A stretch of 60,570 bases of DNA from Spirochaetia bacterium (lineage in GTDB: Bacteria > Spirochaetota > Spirochaetia > CADAEX01), in the NCBI GenBank assembly GCA_034003145.1, contig JAVEZE010000002.1, positions 1 to 60,570 on the forward strand. The letters are read 5' to 3'. Below the pieces are notes generated by a model. That model worked only from the letters and a program-made list of their open reading frames with translations. It was not told the DNA's origin and made no database searches. The translations under genes were made by a program, and so were the position numbers. Positions 56,083-60,570 of the stretch are shown one piece after another (positions within the stretch are counted from its first letter, which is position 1; every line of letters begins with the position of its first letter).

Positions 56083-57847
56083 CGCAATGATAAATAATTT
56101 TGAAATCCAGTTTGAGCCTGGTGATACAATACTAAAAGCAGCGCAGGCTGCCGGGATAGAGATACCGACACTCTGTTTTCTTGAAGGCAAAGATCCCCTG
56201 GGAGCCTGCAGGGTATGTGTAGTTGAAATAGACAAGAATAAAGCGCTTGTTGCAGCCTGCGCCACTCCAATAATCGATGGTATGAAAATAATGACCAATA
56301 CCAAGAGGGTGAGGGAAGCGAGGAGGACAGTTGTTGAGCTGCTCTTGAGCGAGCACGAAGGAAACTGTCAGTACTGCGACAGGGCGGAAGACTGCGAATT
56401 GAAAAAACTCGCATATCAGCTTGGAATAAGCGAAATAAGATACGAAGGGGAAAAACCTTTATCATGGACTGATGAATCAACGCCAGCGCTTATCCGCGAT
56501 CAGGCTAAGTGCATTAAATGCAGAAGATGCGTAACAGTATGCAACACTGTACAGGGTGTCGGCGCGCTGTTTCCGCAGGGAAGGGGTTATGCTACAGTTA
56601 TAAGCACAGCGTTTGACTACGGGCTTGATACAGTTGCCTGTGTTCAGTGCGGACAGTGTTCCGCTGTCTGCCCTGTCGGGGCGATTACTGAAAGAAGCCA
56701 TATTGATGAAGTATGGAAAGCGATTGAGGATCCTGAAAAATACGTTGTTGTTCAGACCGCGCCTGCCATCAGGGCTGCTTTGGGCGAATGTTTCGGATAT
56801 GAGCCAGGGACACTTGTCACAGGAAAGATGGTATCCGCTTTAAGGCTTTTGGGGTTTGACCGGGTCTTTGACACAAACTTTGCTGCAGACCTCACCATAA
56901 TGGAAGAAGGGACAGAACTTTTGACAAGACTTAAAACCGCGCTGGTGGATAAAAAACCTGCCTCTTTCCCGATGTTCACTTCCTGCTCTCCAGGCTGGGT
57001 TAAATACGCTGAGTATTTTTATCCCGAATTTTTACCAAACATATCAACATGTAAATCTCCCCAGCAGATGTTCGGAGCTGTTGCCAAAACATATTTTGCG
57101 GAAAAAGCGGGAGTTGATCCTAAGAATATGATTGTTGTTTCTGTTATGCCCTGTACTGCGAAGAAATTTGAGTGTGACAGGCCGGAAATGTCATCAAGCG
57201 GAAGCAAGGATGTAGATTATGTCCTTACCACAAGGGAACTGGGAAGAATGATCCAGTCCGCGGGAATTGACTTTAAATTGCTCCCCGACGGACAGATGGA
57301 CAGCCCGATAGGGATGTCATCCGGGGCTGCTGATATTTTCGCGAATACCGGCGGAGTAATGGAAGCTGCCCTTCGGACAGTATACGAGATTGTCACAGGA
57401 AGGGAAATCCCAATGGAAGGTCTGCATGTTAAACCGGTTGAAGGGCTTGCGGGGATCAAGGAGGCATCTGTAACCTTTACCGATACAGTTTCTGACTGGG
57501 GATTTCTTGAAGGAGTTACAGCCAAAGTCGCAGTTGCCCACGGTCTTGGAAACGCGAGAACACTTCTTGACAGCATCAATGAGGGAAAGAGCCAGTACCA
57601 CTTTGTAGAGATCATGACCTGCCCCGGCGGATGTATAGGGGGCGGCGGCCAGCCGCGTCTTACTACAGATGAAGTGCGTCTGGCAAGGATAAAAGCGGTT
57701 TACAAGGAGGATGAGGGAAAAGAGATAAGAAAATCCCATATGAACCCTGAGATTTTAAGTATTTATAAAGATTATTTAATTAAACCGCTTGGGGAAAAAT
57801 CACACCACCTGCTTCATACCCATTATATTGAAAGAATGAGGGTGTAA
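56075..57847 (+). CDS. [FeFe]-hydrogenase HydA-like catalytic subunit (M3-type Fe-S domains), paralog 1, non-canonical L1 motif
   Basis: N-terminal 2Fe-2S and 4Fe-4S motifs (CIKCRRCVTVC, CVQCGQCSAVCP). H-domain motifs FTSCSPGW (L1 variant), MPCTAKKFE (L2) and EIMTCPGGCIGGGGQP (L3). The ATG overlaps the upstream stop. Confidence 0.85.
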   Translation: MPNAMINNFEIQFEPGDTILKAAQAAGIEIPTLCFLEGKDPLGACRVCVVEIDKNKALVAACATPIIDGMKIMTNTKRVREARRTVVELLLSEHEGNCQYCDRAEDCELKKLAYQLGISEIRYEGEKPLSWTDESTPALIRDQAKCIKCRRCVTVCNTVQGVGALFPQGRGYATVISTAFDYGLDTVACVQCGQCSAVCPVGAITERSHIDEVWKAIEDPEKYVVVQTAPAIRAALGECFGYEPGTLVTGKMVSALRLLGFDRVFDTNFAADLTIMEEGTELLTRLKTALVDKKPASFPMFTSCSPGWVKYAEYFYPEFLPNISTCKSPQQMFGAVAKTYFAEKAGVDPKNMIVVSVMPCTAKKFECDRPEMSSSGSKDVDYVLTTRELGRMIQSAGIDFKLLPDGQMDSPIGMSSGAADIFANTGGVMEAALRTVYEIVTGREIPMEGLHVKPVEGLAGIKEASVTFTDTVSDWGFLEGVTAKVAVAHGLGNARTLLDSINEGKSQYHFVEIMTCPGGCIGGGGQPRLTTDEVRLARIKAVYKEDEGKEIRKSHMNPEILSIYKDYLIKPLGEKSHHLLHTHYIERMRV

Positions 57848-57894
57848 ATAACGCAGTCCAGGTTTTGATTTTTAAATCGGGCTAAAAAAGAGAG

Positions 57895-57934
57895 GCTGTA
57901 TGACAGGCTGCACTGCCATACAGCTGTTTTTTTT
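57895..57934. terminator. Bidirectional rho-independent terminator between the convergent hydrogenase-type clusters
   Basis: A-run, then GCTGTATGACAG-gctgca-CTGCCATACAGC, then TGTTTTTTTT. Confidence 0.7.
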
Positions 57935-58038
57935 GTGCATTGTGCATCCGGCAGGTGAAGATCTCACCCGGGAGCAGGACTTTACTTCAAATCCCGCAGG
58001 AAGAACATTCAGCCGGGCGCTTCCTGCTTCATAATCTG

Positions 58039-59811
58039 CTATACTGTTTTAGCTGTATAGCTTGTGTGAAGAAGATGATGTGAGATTTCGCCAAGAGGCT
58101 TGATCAGAAAACTATCATACAGCGCCTGGATATCAGGGTTTTCATGCGATTTTCTGATCCCCAGATTTATATCTTCCCTGTAAATCGATTCAGCCCTTTT
58201 TTTCCTTATCTCCCATGTAGTCGGAATGGGCTGGCCTCCACCTCCAAGGCAGCCTCCAGGGCATGCCATTACCTCAATAAAGGCATAGGGAGATTTTCCC
58301 TCTTTTATTTGATCAAGCAGTGTTCTGGCGTTTTTAAGCGAGTGGGCAACAGCTACCCGTACAGGATTGCCGTTTATGCTGATCTGGGCTTCCTTTATCC
58401 CTTCCATCCCCCTAACCCCTGTAAAATCAACCTTTTCAAGGACAGTTCCTGTAAGCACTTCGTAGGCGGTCCGAAGGGCGGCTTCCATTACTCCGCCTGT
58501 CGCGCCGAATATTACAGCTGCCCCGGTTGATTTTCCAAGCGGGTTGTCAAAATTCTCTTCTTCAAGCCCTGCAAAATCAATTCCGGTTTCCCTGAACATT
58601 CTTGCAAGCTCCCTTGTTGTAAGAGCATAGTCCACATCGGGAAAGCCTGTCCTGTTTTTCAGTTTTCTTCTTTCCTTCCAGTAGTGGAACGCGGAATTCA
58701 TCTCGGGCCGTTCTGCCTCGTATTTTTTGGCGGTGCAGGGCATTACCGAGATTACCCTTATTTTTTCAGGATCAAGTCCTGCCTGCTCTGCGTACCAGGT
58801 TTTTGCCACTGCTCCGAACATCTGCTGGGGAGACTTGCAGGTAGAGACATTTGCCAGTTGGTCCGGAAAAAAATGCTCGATGAATTTAATCCAGCCAGGT
58901 GAGCAGGATGTTATCATGGGAAGCGTCCCTCCTGATGAAATCCTTTTAATCAGCTCATGCCCCTCTTCCATTATGGTCAGGTCTGCAGTGAACTGCGTAT
59001 CAAAAACCTTGTCAAAACCCAGTTTTCTTATCCCTGCAACCATTTTACCTGTTACAAGAGCTCCGCTCTCCATCCCCATGGCCTCTCCAATTCCAATACG
59101 GATAGCAGGAGCTGTCTGAATAACTGTGTAAATATCAGGATCATATATATCCCGCCAGATGCTGCTGATATCTGACTTTTCAATTATCGCCCCGGTCGGG
59201 CATACCAGTGAACACTGTCCGCAGTTGGTGCAGACAGAATTCCCCAGCCCCCTGTCCATGAAAGTCGTGACACGGCTGTTAAGTCCCCTTCCTGTCACCT
59301 CAATCGCGTTTACAGTCTGTACTTCGCTGCATACGCTGACGCACCTGTTGCATAGGATACACTTGTTAGGATCCCTGATAAGAGCGGATGATGATGTATC
59401 GAGGGGAAGTATTGTTGTTTTTGTCCTGGCATAATGCAATTCTCTCACCCCAAGTTCCCATGCCAGTTTCTGCAGCTCGCAGTTCTGGTTCCTGTCGCAT
59501 TTAAGGCAGTCATCAGGATGGTTTGCGAGGATAAGCTCCATATTTGTTTTTCTTGCTTTTCTTATCCTTTCAGAGCTTGTAATTATCTCCATGTCTGCCC
59601 AGACTGAATATGAGCAGGAGCGGACAAGTTTTTTTGATCCTTTTACTTCAACACAGCAGATCGCGCAGGAAGCGTTGGATGAGACATCTTCCATATAGCA
59701 TAAATGGGGAATATTTATCCCTACCTCTTTGCAGGCGTTGAGAATTGTTGTTCCCTCATTAACCAGATATTTCCTGCCGTCAATAGTTACAGATATTTTG
59801 TTCTTTTTCAT
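58039..59811 (-). CDS. [FeFe]-hydrogenase HydA-like catalytic subunit, paralog 2, same non-canonical L1 motif
   Basis: ITSCSPGW, MPCTAKKYE and EVMACPGGCLGGGGQP, with N-terminal Fe-S domains collinear with paralog 1. ATG 59811 forms an ATGA overlap with the upstream gene stop. Confidence 0.85.
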   Translation of the reverse strand: MKKNKISVTIDGRKYLVNEGTTILNACKEVGINIPHLCYMEDVSSNASCAICCVEVKGSKKLVRSCSYSVWADMEIITSSERIRKARKTNMELILANHPDDCLKCDRNQNCELQKLAWELGVRELHYARTKTTILPLDTSSSALIRDPNKCILCNRCVSVCSEVQTVNAIEVTGRGLNSRVTTFMDRGLGNSVCTNCGQCSLVCPTGAIIEKSDISSIWRDIYDPDIYTVIQTAPAIRIGIGEAMGMESGALVTGKMVAGIRKLGFDKVFDTQFTADLTIMEEGHELIKRISSGGTLPMITSCSPGWIKFIEHFFPDQLANVSTCKSPQQMFGAVAKTWYAEQAGLDPEKIRVISVMPCTAKKYEAERPEMNSAFHYWKERRKLKNRTGFPDVDYALTTRELARMFRETGIDFAGLEEENFDNPLGKSTGAAVIFGATGGVMEAALRTAYEVLTGTVLEKVDFTGVRGMEGIKEAQISINGNPVRVAVAHSLKNARTLLDQIKEGKSPYAFIEVMACPGGCLGGGGQPIPTTWEIRKKRAESIYREDINLGIRKSHENPDIQALYDSFLIKPLGEISHHLLHTSYTAKTV

Positions 59812-60570
59812 CTGAGGCCTCCCCTTTCGGAAAGTTTTATATCGCACCTTAAGCACCTCATCGCCTCACGGCGCGCCTGATCTCCCATGTACCCGAGGTT
59901 GATTTCCTGAAAATTACCTTTTCTTTCTTTTACATTCAGGTGCCTGCTTTCTATTCCTTCAGCCGATATAATCTCCTGCGGGATTTCATTGCTGTACTGG
60001 AATGTCCTGAACAGGGAGGAAAACCTGTTTTTACCTGTAAGGTCAAAATCAATTATGGCGGAAGCTGTTTTCGCAAGTCCCATTGCTTCAGCTGCTGTGG
60101 AAGGGCCGGTTGTTACATCCCCTGCCGCATAGATGCGGGGATTGCCAGTTTTGCAGGTGTATGGATTTACAAATGCGGTACCCTTTTCTGTTGTCAATAT
60201 TTTTTCCTGCTCAAGAAGGGCGGAATCTACTTTCTCTCCAACCGCGATTACGACAATATCACAGGGAAGAACAGAGATATTTCCTGTTTCAACAGGTTTT
60301 CTCCTGCCGGATAAATCAAATTGTCCCCCTTCCATTTTCATGATTTCAATTGCCTCGACACTGCCGTCACTGCTGCCTGTTATTCTTACCGGATTTGTCA
60401 TAAACATGAATTTTATCCCTTCAGCATGCGCTTCATCAATTTCACTTTTATTGGCCGGCATATCCTCTTTTGCCCTTCTGTAGACGACAGTTACATCTGC
60501 CCCTATTCTCCAGAGAGACCGCGCTGTATCAATTGCGACATTTCCTCCTCCGATAATTACAGCTTTTTTA
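59808..60570 (-). CDS. GltD/NfnB-like FAD/NADPH oxidoreductase module, N-terminus off-window (partial)
   Basis: The frame is open to the window edge (KKAVIIGGGNVAIDTARS...IYAAGDVTTGPSTAAEA...CLRCD) and collinear with the C-terminal third of the 52858-56082 fusion protein. Confidence 0.8.
   Translation of the reverse strand, partial: KKAVIIGGGNVAIDTARSLWRIGADVTVVYRRAKEDMPANKSEIDEAHAEGIKFMFMTNPVRITGSSDGSVEAIEIMKMEGGQFDLSGRRKPVETGNISVLPCDIVVIAVGEKVDSALLEQEKILTTEKGTAFVNPYTCKTGNPRIYAAGDVTTGPSTAAEAMGLAKTASAIIDFDLTGKNRFSSLFRTFQYSNEIPQEIISAEGIESRHLNVKERKGNFQEINLGYMGDQARREAMRCLRCDIKLSERGGLR

Overview
This is a 60.6-kb chromosomal window from a low-GC (roughly 40% by eye) bacterium. The gene content suggests a fermentative anaerobe; I cannot assign a taxon from sequence alone. 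Coding is dense on both strands, and I saw no rRNA, CRISPR array, integrase, transposase or obvious prophage or defence genes. In order, the window contains:

- 1-6428: a Hyf/Hyc-type membrane 'hydrogenase' operon (antiporter-like subunits, NuoH-like, NuoCD-like, ferredoxin-NuoB fusion). Its catalytic subunit lacks the NiFe cysteine ligands, so it looks like an Ehr-type complex.
- 6662-6813: tRNA-Arg(TCT) and tRNA-Pro(TGG), next to a GC-rich structured segment bounded by a duplicated tRNA 3' end.
- 6872-11596: nth, a DtxR-like repressor, an HPt-REC-REC-GGDEF protein and an overlapping HEXXH lipoprotein.
- 11659-18048: a small solute-utilisation locus with a class-III aminotransferase, two orphan TAXI binding proteins, LysR and a frame-split saccharopine-dehydrogenase-like gene.
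- 18125-35780: housekeeping and miscellaneous genes (cls, rpmB, an MBL-fold hydrolase, recQ, YitT-family, NeuB-like, queH, an adenylate-kinase-like protein, a CN-hydrolase, two tandem paralogous beta-barrel-like secreted proteins, a dGTPase-like protein, cfa, nudC, a second aminotransferase).
- 36008-41741: a Na+-pumping methylmalonyl-CoA decarboxylase operon, a TPR protein and ackA.
- 41747-48643: a DHH phosphoesterase, an M24 peptidase, an ornithine carbamoyltransferase, and tig-clpP-clpX.
- 49012-49518: a five-tRNA operon (His, Arg, Lys, Leu, Gly).
- 49602-51812: rarA with a long C-terminal extension.
- 52249-60570: two convergent [FeFe]-hydrogenase-type gene sets. A NuoF-like flavoprotein is fused to a GltD/NfnB-like NADPH module, and both HydA paralogs carry a non-canonical TSCSPGW H-cluster motif.

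The most interesting items are the cysteine-less Hyf-like complex and the duplicated NuoE/NuoF-GltD/HydA modules. Everything here is hand reading of the sequence and ORF track; no database search was run.
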